From Gaiellales bacterium (GTDB lineage: Bacteria; Actinomycetota; Thermoleophilia; Gaiellales; F1-60-MAGs149): a stretch of DNA of 42,729 nucleotides. The position numbers and the translations under genes were made by a program. The notes under the pieces are model-generated. The model had not been told where the DNA came from, did not search any database, and worked only from the letters and a program-made list of their open reading frames with translations. The stretch is from the NCBI GenBank assembly GCA_044369995.1, contig JBILWG010000003.1, positions 1-42,729 on the forward strand, given 5' to 3'. The first letter of the stretch is position 1. Each line of letters opens with the position of its first letter. This document shows, piece by piece, positions 9,596-17,529 of this stretch.

Positions 9596-9612
9596 TCACG
9601 GAGGTTCCGTGA
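9596..9612. promoter_or_regulatory. Palindrome TCACGGA-N3-TCCGTGA in the protease leader (candidate operator or RNA hairpin)
   Basis: Perfect 7-bp inverted repeat in the divergent intergenic region; minus-strand TAGAAT -10 candidate at 9705-9710. Confidence 0.4.
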
Positions 9613-9754
9613 AAACCGTGTTGTGCTTCCATGAAGACGCGCGAGGGGGGGTGAATCTGACGGCGATGCGTGAAGATCCACACGGCCGTTGCGGTACTCC
9701 CCGCATTCTAGTGCCAATCGGCTTGAATGCAGGCGTTCGGGTACCCTTAGAGCC

Positions 9755-11011
9755 ATGACCGTGACGGGGACCACAGCCGCTGCCCTCGACCCCGCCCGGA
9801 TTCGCACCGATTTCCCGATCTTCCGTCGCCTGGTGCACGGGCGCGAGCTCGCCTACCTGGACTCCGCCTCGACCTCGCAGAAGCCGCAGGCGATGCTCGA
9901 CGCCATGGTCGGCTTCTACGGCACCAGCAATGCCAACGTGCATCGCGGCGTCTACACGCTCGGCATCGAGAGCACGGAGGCCTTCGAGGCCGCCCGCGAC
10001 GCCGTCGCGCGCCTGCTCAACGCCCCGTCGCGGCGCGAGGTGATCTTCACCCGCAACACGACGGAGGCGATCAATCTCGTCGCCAAGACCATCGGCGTCG
10101 AGCGCTGCGGCCCGGGCGACGTGATCGTCAGCACCGTGCTCGAGCATCACGCCAACCTCGTGCCCTGGCAGGTGCTCGCGCAGGCGACCGGTGCCACGCT
10201 GCGGTTTCTGGACGTGGATGACGAGGGCCACCTCCAGCTCGACCAGCTGGAGGCGATCGCCCGCGAGGGCGACGTCAAGCTCGTCGCCGTCACGCACCAG
10301 TCCAACACCCTCGGCGTGCGGCCGCCCGTCGAGACCCTGGTGCGGTGGGCGCGGACGCAGGGCGCGCTCGTGGTGCTGGACGCCGCGCAGACCGTGCCGA
10401 ATCGCCCCGTCGATGTGCAGGCGCTCGGCGTCGACTTCCTCGCCTTCTCCGGCCACAAGACGCTCGGCCCGACGGGCATCGGCGTGCTGTGGGGCCGCGA
10501 GGAGCTCCTGGCCGAGACGCAGCCGTTCCTGACGGGCGGCGAGATGATCCGCTCCGTCGCGCTCGATCGCACCTCGTGGAACACGCTGCCGTGGAAGTTC
10601 GAGGCTGGGACACCCGCCTACGCCGAGGCCGTCGGCCTGCAGGCTGCGATCGACTACCTGCAGGCGGTCGGGCTCGAGGCGATCGACGCGCACGAGCACG
10701 CGCTCACGGAGTACGCGCTCGACCGGCTCGGTGAGATCCCCGGGCTGCGCATCGTCGGTCCGCCCGACGCGGCGTCACGGGGCGGCGTCGTGTCCTTCGT
10801 GCTCGACGACGTGCATCCGCACGACATCGCGGAGATCCTCGACCGCCACGTCGTCTGCGTGCGTGCGGGGCATCACTGCACCCAGCCGCTCATGCAGCGC
10901 CTCGGGCACACGGCCACGGTGCGCGCCTCGTTCTACCTGTACACGACGACGGCGGACGTGGACCAGCTCATCCAGGGGCTGCACGATGTCCGCAGGGTGA
11001 TGGGAGTCTGA
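9755..11011 (+). CDS. sufS: Cysteine desulfurase SufS
   Basis: YLDSASTSQKP, ANVHRG, EHHAN, PLP-lysine FSGHK, KFEAGT and catalytic VRAGHHC. TACCCT -10 lies 7 nt before the ATG. Confidence 0.96.
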   Translation: MTVTGTTAAALDPARIRTDFPIFRRLVHGRELAYLDSASTSQKPQAMLDAMVGFYGTSNANVHRGVYTLGIESTEAFEAARDAVARLLNAPSRREVIFTRNTTEAINLVAKTIGVERCGPGDVIVSTVLEHHANLVPWQVLAQATGATLRFLDVDDEGHLQLDQLEAIAREGDVKLVAVTHQSNTLGVRPPVETLVRWARTQGALVVLDAAQTVPNRPVDVQALGVDFLAFSGHKTLGPTGIGVLWGREELLAETQPFLTGGEMIRSVALDRTSWNTLPWKFEAGTPAYAEAVGLQAAIDYLQAVGLEAIDAHEHALTEYALDRLGEIPGLRIVGPPDAASRGGVVSFVLDDVHPHDIAEILDRHVVCVRAGHHCTQPLMQRLGHTATVRASFYLYTTTADVDQLIQGLHDVRRVMGV

Positions 11012-11437
11012 GTGGACGACGAGCTGTATCGCGAGAACCTGCTGGATCACTACCGGCATCCGCGCAACCACGGCACGCTCGAGCATCCCGACTGCGAGGC
11101 CGAGGGCAAGAACCCGCTGTGCGGCGACGAGGTCGAGCTCGACGTGCAGGTGGTCGATGGGCGGATCAGCGCGATCCGCTTCGTCGGCAATGGCTGCGCG
11201 GTGTCGCAGGCCGCGACCTCCATGCTGACCGAGCTCGTCGACGGCATGCCCGTGACCGAGGCAGCCGAGCTGCCATCGCAGGCGATCATCGACGAGCTCG
11301 GGATCCCCCTGTCGGCGATGCGCGTCAAGTGCGCCGTGCTCGGGCTCGGCACCCTCAAGGTCGCGCTGCACCGCGGTGCGGGCACGCCGCTCCCGCCGGA
11401 GTGGGGCGCGGACGACGACGAGCTCGTCTGGGGCTAG
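11012..11437 (+). CDS. sufU: SUF system scaffold / sulfur-transfer protein SufU
   Basis: LYRENLLDHYRHPRNHG, NPLCGD, GCAVSQA and RVKCA motifs; directly abuts sufS. Confidence 0.93.
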   Translation: MDDELYRENLLDHYRHPRNHGTLEHPDCEAEGKNPLCGDEVELDVQVVDGRISAIRFVGNGCAVSQAATSMLTELVDGMPVTEAAELPSQAIIDELGIPLSAMRVKCAVLGLGTLKVALHRGAGTPLPPEWGADDDELVWG

Positions 11438-12444
11438 ACGCCGGCCTCGTCGCCGAGCAGCCGCGCGCCGCGGACGGCCAGCTCGAGGCGGAAGCGATCG
11501 TCGGCGTGCTGCAGGTCCAGCGTCGTCAGCTTGGCGATCCGGGCGAGGCGGTAGCGCACCGTGCGCTCGTGGACGTCGAGCGCCCGTGCGGTTGCGGCCA
11601 CGCTGAGCCCCTCCCGGAGCCAGACCTCGGCCGTCTCGATGTACTGCGGGCCGCCGTTGCGGGTGGAGCGCAGCGGCGTCAGCGTGGCGTCGACGAGCTC
11701 GCGGAGCGTCGTCTGGTCCTGGGCGATCAGCGCCTCGGGCAGCACGTCGCCGTACGGGACGACGCCACGCAGACCCAGCCGACGCGCCATGCCGAGCGCG
11801 CGCTTGGCATCGGCATAGGAGCTGCGGATGCCGGGAATGCCCAGACCCGGGCGACCGAGTCCGGCGGTCTCCGGTCCACGCGGCACGCGACCGGCGATGA
11901 TCGCCACGATCCGGCCGCGCTGCGGCGCAGCCAGCGCCCCGGCGTCGTGCAGACGGTCGAGCACGGTCTCGCTCACCTCGTTGACGAGGAGCACGCTCCG
12001 GCGGCCGGTCAGCTCGAGGCCCAGGCGCGTGGCGAGCTCCTGCACCTGCTCGGGCGACTGGTCCGACAGCAGCGCCTCGAGCAGCAGTGCGCGTTGGCGC
12101 TCGTCGCGTCGCGTCGCCTCGTCCTGGCCGTCGGCGTAGCCGGCGCAGAGCGCCCGCGTACCGTCGGTCAGCAGGCGCAGATGCCCCTGCGGGGTCCGCT
12201 TGGGCAGGTCGCTGGTGACCATGCCCACCGTCATCCACGCCTCCACGACGGCGGGCAGCGGGATGCCGGTGCCGCGGGCCCGGCCGGCGCTGGTGGCCAG
12301 TCGCGTGCGCGACGGCGTCGAGAGACGCTCACCCGAGCGCGACAGGATCTGCACCCAGGCGTCCAGGTCCAGCTCGTGGGCGCGGGGATCGTCGAGGCGC
12401 GCGAGGATCGCCTCGCGCGTGGCCTGGGTTGCGGAATCGGGCAC
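11434..12444 (-). CDS. PucR/CdaR family transcriptional regulator
   Basis: C-terminal HTH SVAATARALDVHERTVRYRLARI..LT.LDL...DDRFRLELA. Confidence 0.85.
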   Translation of the reverse strand: MPDSATQATREAILARLDDPRAHELDLDAWVQILSRSGERLSTPSRTRLATSAGRARGTGIPLPAVVEAWMTVGMVTSDLPKRTPQGHLRLLTDGTRALCAGYADGQDEATRRDERQRALLLEALLSDQSPEQVQELATRLGLELTGRRSVLLVNEVSETVLDRLHDAGALAAPQRGRIVAIIAGRVPRGPETAGLGRPGLGIPGIRSSYADAKRALGMARRLGLRGVVPYGDVLPEALIAQDQTTLRELVDATLTPLRSTRNGGPQYIETAEVWLREGLSVAATARALDVHERTVRYRLARIAKLTTLDLQHADDRFRLELAVRGARLLGDEAGV

Positions 12445-12476
12445 GGCGGAACGTTACCGGTTTCCGGCAATGAGCG

Positions 12477-14168
12477 TCAGGCGCCGTCGACCTGGGCGCG
12501 GACCCGGCCGGGCTCGAACTGCCAGCGGATCACACCGCCCACCTCCGAGCGTCGACCGCCTGCCTCGCGCAGGAACTGCGCCCAGGGCCCGGGGAAGCGC
12601 GCATCGACCAGCACCCAGGTCGTCCCGGTGAAGGCCAGGTAGCGCAGCAGCTCCTGCCGCGGGTTGGCCGGCAGCTCGTCGCGATAGAAGCCGTAGACGA
12701 CGGGGTAGGGGACGTAGCCGGCGGGAACCGCGGCCGCGCTGTAGCCCCCGGCCATCCGGTAGCGCATACGCGCGAGCGCCTGCCAGTACATGCCGTTGCC
12801 GCGGAACGAGTACGGCAGGATCAGCACGACCGCGTCGTCTGGGATGTCCGCGGTCGCGGCTCCGGAGGTGATGCCCGGTGGCGTCTGCAGGTCGGTGCGC
12901 CACAGGTCGGCACGCGGGACGGGCAGCAGGCAGAGCAGGGCGACCACGGCGAGTCCGAGCCGGGTGCCGAAGACGACCGGCAGCTCGCGCTCGCGGCGGG
13001 CGACGAAGAGGGCGGCGAGCACCGCGATGCCAAGCCAGGCGTAGACGACGATCCGCGTGGGCAGGGCCAGCCGGATCAGCGGGAGCTGGGTGAGCAGATC
13101 CCAGGGCATCACCCAGTGCGCGACGCCACCGTACGTCAGGCGGGCACCCAGCGCGAGCACGATCGAGGTGGCGATGCCGATCGCGATCACCCAGACCCAG
13201 CGCTCGTGCCGCCAGCGGATCAGGCCCGCCACGGCAACCAGGAGCAGGACCGGGCCGACGTAGCCGAGCTGCTCGGTCAGGTTGCCGGCGAACTGCAGCG
13301 ACGTGCCGCGAAAGCGCTCGCCTCCCGCCCACGTCGTGATCGTCGGCACGAGGAGGTTCTTGAGGTCGAGGGGGTAGAGGTCCGGACGGATCCGCTGGTC
13401 GATCGGATTCGGATGCAGCAGCGCCGCGATGAGCAGGGGCGAGACGATGGCGAGCGCCAGCGCGTAGCCACCTGCGATCCAGGGCAGCGCACGCAGGAGG
13501 CGGCTGCGCAGATCGTGCGGGCCGAGCACGAGCGCCGCCAGCAGCGTCAGCGCACCCACCAGCGTGGCGGTCGCCGCGACCTCGGTGAAGGTCAGGAATT
13601 GGAAGGCGATCAGGCCCGCCAGCAGCAGGAGGCCGCGGCGCGGCGGCAGGGACTGCTCGATCAGGCGCACGACCACGAGGACGATCAGCGGCAGCGTCCA
13701 GACCAGGGCCAGGTTGACGTGGTTGAGCGTCTGTCCGAGCAGGTAGGACGAGAACCCGAAGGCCCAGCCGCCGATCAGCGCGGCGAGAAGGTCGCGCGTC
13801 ACATGCCGGCACAGCAGATACGCGCTCCAAGCCGCCAAGGCGGGGGCGGCGATCGCCAGCAGGTTGTAGGAGGCAAGCGGACCGGCCAGCTGCGTCAGCG
13901 GTGCGAGCAGGAGCGCCGGTCCGGGAATCGTCGTCGCCCAGGCGAGGTTGAAGCCCATTGGCGCATCGATGCGATCGGTCAGGAACGGGGCCTGCTGGCC
14001 GGCGATGGCCTCGACCCAGTGGACGAGGGACCAGGCGAAGAAGCCCTGATCGGCCCCGAAGCTGCCGACCACGGCATCCGTCGGAGCACGGAGCCAGAAG
14101 CGACCGATCAGGACGACGGAGGCGAGCGTGTAGCCCAGCAGCACCCACAGCGGCTCGAGGCGTCGCAT
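12477..14168 (-). CDS. Polytopic membrane protein, probable GT-C glycosyltransferase (YfhO-like)
   Basis: More than 10 hydrophobic segments; D...F.WSL, P.G.NL.W.T, FGFSSY and MYWQA...Y.MAGGY motifs. TACACT -10 lies 7 nt before ATG 14168. Confidence 0.65.
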   Translation of the reverse strand: MRRLEPLWVLLGYTLASVVLIGRFWLRAPTDAVVGSFGADQGFFAWSLVHWVEAIAGQQAPFLTDRIDAPMGFNLAWATTIPGPALLLAPLTQLAGPLASYNLLAIAAPALAAWSAYLLCRHVTRDLLAALIGGWAFGFSSYLLGQTLNHVNLALVWTLPLIVLVVVRLIEQSLPPRRGLLLLAGLIAFQFLTFTEVAATATLVGALTLLAALVLGPHDLRSRLLRALPWIAGGYALALAIVSPLLIAALLHPNPIDQRIRPDLYPLDLKNLLVPTITTWAGGERFRGTSLQFAGNLTEQLGYVGPVLLLVAVAGLIRWRHERWVWVIAIGIATSIVLALGARLTYGGVAHWVMPWDLLTQLPLIRLALPTRIVVYAWLGIAVLAALFVARRERELPVVFGTRLGLAVVALLCLLPVPRADLWRTDLQTPPGITSGAATADIPDDAVVLILPYSFRGNGMYWQALARMRYRMAGGYSAAAVPAGYVPYPVVYGFYRDELPANPRQELLRYLAFTGTTWVLVDARFPGPWAQFLREAGGRRSEVGGVIRWQFEPGRVRAQVDGA

Positions 14169-14184
14169 GCAGCGGAGTGTATGG

Positions 14185-14222
14185 AAAAAGCAGAGAGCCG
14201 GGCGGTCTCCCGCCCGGCTCTC
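14185..14222 (-). terminator. Intrinsic (Rho-independent) terminator
   Basis: Perfect 13-bp stem 14193-14205/14210-14222; GAGA (GNRA) tetraloop and UGCUUUUU tail on the minus strand. Confidence 0.85.
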
Positions 14223-14319
14223 CGGGTCGAACGCTGGTATTACGCAAGCTGCGCTGCGGCGGTTCAGCCGCGGCCCCAACGCGGGCTAGGCGATTCCCTG
14301 TCGGTCCAGGGGCGCGCCC

Positions 14320-14361
14320 TTACGTGCGTCGACCTCCACTTGCCGTGCAGTCGCTAGTCAG
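14320..14361 (-). CDS. Putative 13-aa small ORF / leader peptide (MTSDCTASGGRRT), CTG start
   Basis: Perfect SD AGGAGGT (14376-14370) lies 8 nt before CTG; TAA stop at 14322-14320. Confidence 0.3.
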   Translation of the reverse strand: MTSDCTASGGRRT

Positions 14362-14432
14362 AACGGACCACCTCCTCTCCGCGGTGCCCCGAACGTACCA
14401 CGCGCAGGCGACCCGCGCCACACGGATTTCCG

Positions 14433-14996
14433 CTACTGGAAGTTCTTCCAGTACGCGCTCGGCGTGGGGCCGACCTGGCCCTGGTACTTCGACCCCAGGG
14501 CACCGGATCCGTAGGGCTTCTCCGCCGGCTGGTCGAGGTGCATGAACGACATCTGCCCGATCTTCATGTCGGGGTAGAGCGTGATCGGCAGGTTCGCGAC
14601 GTTGGCCAGCTCGAGCGTGACGTGGCCATCGAACCCGGGATCGATGAAGCCCGCGGTGGAGTGCACCTGCAGCCCGAGGCGACCGAGCGAGCTCTTGCCC
14701 TCGAGGCGCGAGACGATGTCGTCGCCGAGCGTGACGCGCTCGAGCGTGGCCCCGAGCACGAACTCGCCGGGATGCAGGATGAACGGCCCGCCGTCGTTGA
14801 TCTCGATCAGCTCCGTCAGCTCGGCCTGCTCCTGCTTGACGTCGATGTGGCCGTAGCGGCTGTTCCTGAAGACGCGGAAGCGACGATCGCAGCGCACGTC
14901 GATCGAGGCGGGCTGGATCAGCCCGTCGTCGAACGGGTCGAGGCGGATGCGACCGTCCTCGATCGCCTGGCGGATGCCGCGGTCGGAGAGAACCAT
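14433..14996 (-). CDS. dcd: dCTP deaminase
   Basis: [53 protein letters not shown] and KYQGQ.GPTPS motifs. Confidence 0.97.
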   Translation of the reverse strand: MVLSDRGIRQAIEDGRIRLDPFDDGLIQPASIDVRCDRRFRVFRNSRYGHIDVKQEQAELTELIEINDGGPFILHPGEFVLGATLERVTLGDDIVSRLEGKSSLGRLGLQVHSTAGFIDPGFDGHVTLELANVANLPITLYPDMKIGQMSFMHLDQPAEKPYGSGALGSKYQGQVGPTPSAYWKNFQ

Positions 14997-15060
14997 TGCG
15001 GCGCAGCATTGCAGGCGCGGGGGACGTGCGGGGAGGCTCCGCGACGGGTACGCTGCGGAC

Positions 15061-16500
15061 GTGAGCACCCGAGTCATCGCGCGGCGCTACACGTTGGAGG
15101 TCCCCGAGCCGAGCCGGCCGGGCGCGACCGTCTGGCGCGGGCGCGATTCGACCAACGGCGCCGCAGTGGTGGTGACGCTGCTCGACGAGCATCCTGCTGC
15201 GGACGCGACCCTGGCGGCGCTCGTGGCCGTCCGGCATCCTGCGTTGCCGGTCGTCCTCGACCATGGTGTCGATGGCGTGGCGCGCTACGTCATCACGCCG
15301 GCGCGCGCCGGGCAGACGGTCCAGGCCCGACTGCTCGGCGCGGGGAGACTGTCCGCGGTGGAGGCGGCCGAGGTTGCGGCGGGGCTGGCGGACGCGCTTG
15401 CCGCTCTGCACGCCAAGGGTCTCGTCCAGGGCGTGCTGGCGTTGACCGCGCTGGTGCAGGAGGATGATGGCCTGCTGCGCTTCGAGGACCTGGCCACCGG
15501 TGGCCTCGCCCGTCCGGCCGACCAGCCCGACGATGACATGCGCCAGCTGGCGCACGTGCTGCGCGAGCTGCTGGGGCTGGCGCCCGACGCCAATCCACTC
15601 GAGGCCGAGGGTGTGCCACCACGTCTGGCCGGGCTCCTGCAGAGCCTCGCCTCGTTCACGCCGCCCCCGGCCGCAGACGCGCGCGAGGCGTTGCGGCGCA
15701 TCTCCCGTGAGGCCACGCACGGGAGCTGGGAGCCGTTTGCGGCGACAGGACCCTCCGCTCCAGCACCGACTGCCGTCCCGCCGCCGCGCAACCGCGGGCT
15801 CAAGCTGCTGGTCGGCGCGCTCGTGGTCGTCGTGCTGGTGCTGGCCGCAGTCGTCGTGGCCGGCGTCGTCGATCGGCGCGACGCCGAACGGCGGGCAGCA
15901 GCGACGGCGCTGCCCGGTCCGATCACCACCGTGCCGGCCTCCGGGGTGGAGACCGAGCCGTTCACGCTGCCGACGGCGACCGCGACGGCCGAGACGCCCA
16001 CGACGACCGCTGCCGAGCCGGTCGGACCGAGCCGCACGCCGCAGCGCCTTCGCATCGCCACGGTCACGCCGCTTGATCCCGCCGGGGACAGCCAGGAGAA
16101 CGATGCCCAGGCGCGGTTCGCGATCGATCGCTCTTCCGCCACCGGCTGGTCGACGGAGATCTACAAGGAGGGCGCGATCGAGAGCAAGCGCGGTGTCGGT
16201 CTCGAGCTGCGCCTCGCCGCGCCTGGTCGCCTGCGGCGCGTGGTGCTGACGAGCGTGCCGGTGGGCGCCACGATCGCGGTCTACGGCGTGCGCGGTGCGG
16301 CGCCCGCGCGGGCGCCGCGCGACTGGACGCCGCTGGCAGAGCCGCGCGTGCTGAAGCGCGGCCAGTCGGTGATCCCGATCCGTCGCCGCGCGGCCCTCAC
16401 CCACGTCCTGATCTGGATCACCGGGCTTCCTGCCGTCAAGGGCGGGTATGCGGTGGCCTTCAAGGACATCCGTCTGATCGGCATCCCGACCGGCGCCTAG
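15061..16500 (+). CDS. Degenerate Ser/Thr kinase-like (pseudokinase) domain, TM helix, Thr/Pro linker and extracellular beta-sandwich domain
   Basis: Kinase scaffold [38 protein letters not shown], but VAxK, HRD and DFG are lost. [25 protein letters not shown]-terminal DP.GD..EN...AID...TGWSTE.Y. TACGCT lies 6 nt before the GTG. Confidence 0.7.
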   Translation: MSTRVIARRYTLEVPEPSRPGATVWRGRDSTNGAAVVVTLLDEHPAADATLAALVAVRHPALPVVLDHGVDGVARYVITPARAGQTVQARLLGAGRLSAVEAAEVAAGLADALAALHAKGLVQGVLALTALVQEDDGLLRFEDLATGGLARPADQPDDDMRQLAHVLRELLGLAPDANPLEAEGVPPRLAGLLQSLASFTPPPAADAREALRRISREATHGSWEPFAATGPSAPAPTAVPPPRNRGLKLLVGALVVVVLVLAAVVVAGVVDRRDAERRAAATALPGPITTVPASGVETEPFTLPTATATAETPTTTAAEPVGPSRTPQRLRIATVTPLDPAGDSQENDAQARFAIDRSSATGWSTEIYKEGAIESKRGVGLELRLAAPGRLRRVVLTSVPVGATIAVYGVRGAAPARAPRDWTPLAEPRVLKRGQSVIPIRRRAALTHVLIWITGLPAVKGGYAVAFKDIRLIGIPTGA

Positions 16501-16501
16501 C

Positions 16502-16533
16502 CGAGCGCCGGCTCGCAGGCAGCACAGCTAGCG
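16502..16533 (-). repeat. Hairpin between convergent genes plus post-stop motif (copy 2, 14/16 match)
   Basis: cgagc-gccg-gctcg hairpin at 16502-16515; ggcagcacagctagcg at 16518-16533 includes the ddl stop. Confidence 0.4.
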
Positions 16534-17529
16534 CAGCAGTGCGGCGTTGCGGGCGTGACGCTCGACGGCCAAGTCGACGAGTCGTCCCAGCAGGTCGGCG
16601 TAGTCGAGGCCACTGGCCTCGAACATCCGCGCGTAGTAGCTCGTGGCGGTGAAGCCCGGGATCGCGTTGATCTCGTTGAGGACCAGTCGACCGTCCATCG
16701 TGAAGAAGAAGTCGACGCGTGCCATGCCGTGGCAGTCGCACACGCCGAAGGCGTCGGCGGCCGTCGCCCGCAGGCGGGTGGCGACCTCGTCGGGAATCTC
16801 GGCCGGCGTGATGAGCGCGGAGCCACCGGCGGCGTACTTGGCCTCGTAGTCGTACCACTCGGCGTCGAAGCGGATCTCGCCGACCACGGATGTCGTCAGG
16901 TCGGGGGGCAGGCCGAGCACACTGCACTCGACCTCCTTGCCGATCAGGAGCTCCTCGACGATCACCTTGTCATCGTGGGCCAGAGCCAGATCGAGAGCCG
17001 CAGCGAGGTCGTGGGCCGTCTCGACGCGGGAGATACCCACGCTCGAGCCGAGCCGCGCGGGCTTGACGAATACGGGGAAGCCCAGCTCGTCCGCGATGCG
17101 GGCACGGATCGCATCGCGGTCATCGGCTGGCCCGACGAGCACCTCGCGCGCCACGTCGATGCCGGCGTCGCGCAATGCGGCCTTGCACCGCTCCTTGTCC
17201 ATCGTCAGCGCGGCGCCGAGCACGCCCGAGCCGACGTACGGGACCCCGAGCATCTCCAGGAGCCCCTGCACCGTGCCGTCCTCGCCGAACGGGCCATGCA
17301 GCACGGGGAACACGACATCGCAGCCGAGCGGTCCACCCTGTCCGGGCGTGACCGACACCACGGCGCCGTCGGGACCGGTCCAGACGCCGTCGCGCGCGAT
17401 CGTGATCGCCACGACCTCGAAGCGGTTGGGATCGAGCCCGCCCGCGACGCTCTCGGCCGAGCGCAGCGACACGTCGTGCTCGGACGATCGGCCGCCGCCG
17501 AGGATGGCGACGCGCAGGCGCTCCGGCAC
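16528..17529 (-). CDS. ddl: D-alanine--D-alanine ligase
   Basis: GGRSSEHDVSL.SA, FPVLHGPFGEDG.VQG, VKPARLGSSVGI, YDYEAKY, ARVDFF and NEIN.IPGFT motifs. GTG overlaps the pknB stop (TAGTG). Confidence 0.96.
   Translation of the reverse strand: MPERLRVAILGGGRSSEHDVSLRSAESVAGGLDPNRFEVVAITIARDGVWTGPDGAVVSVTPGQGGPLGCDVVFPVLHGPFGEDGTVQGLLEMLGVPYVGSGVLGAALTMDKERCKAALRDAGIDVAREVLVGPADDRDAIRARIADELGFPVFVKPARLGSSVGISRVETAHDLAAALDLALAHDDKVIVEELLIGKEVECSVLGLPPDLTTSVVGEIRFDAEWYDYEAKYAAGGSALITPAEIPDEVATRLRATAADAFGVCDCHGMARVDFFFTMDGRLVLNEINAIPGFTATSYYARMFEASGLDYADLLGRLVDLAVERHARNAALLR

Larger units (their letters stand above)
14185..14385 (-). ncRNA. Candidate structured small RNA (about 200 nt), family not recognised
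   Basis: Extended -10 TGG-TACGTT (14400-14392); intrinsic terminator; nested stems closing a three-hairpin junction. G-U pairs work only on the minus strand. Confidence 0.6.

Noticed and set aside
4518-9758. 1746-aa plus-strand ORF, and the 1055-aa minus-strand ORF at 6640-9807
   Set aside because: Antisense or off-frame shadows of the HisD-like and protease genes; Arg/Gly/Ala-rich with no motifs, as expected in high-GC DNA.
14251-14317. tRNA interpretation of the cloverleaf
   Set aside because: No T-loop in the right position on the folding strand, no 7-nt anticodon loop, and no 7-bp acceptor stem or CCA. GGTTCA is on the opposite strand and in the wrong arm order.
16528-17529. ddl as a Van-type D-Ala-D-Lac ligase
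   Set aside because: The omega loop reads YDYEAKY, typical of D-Ala-D-Ala ligases, and no vanH/vanX is nearby.
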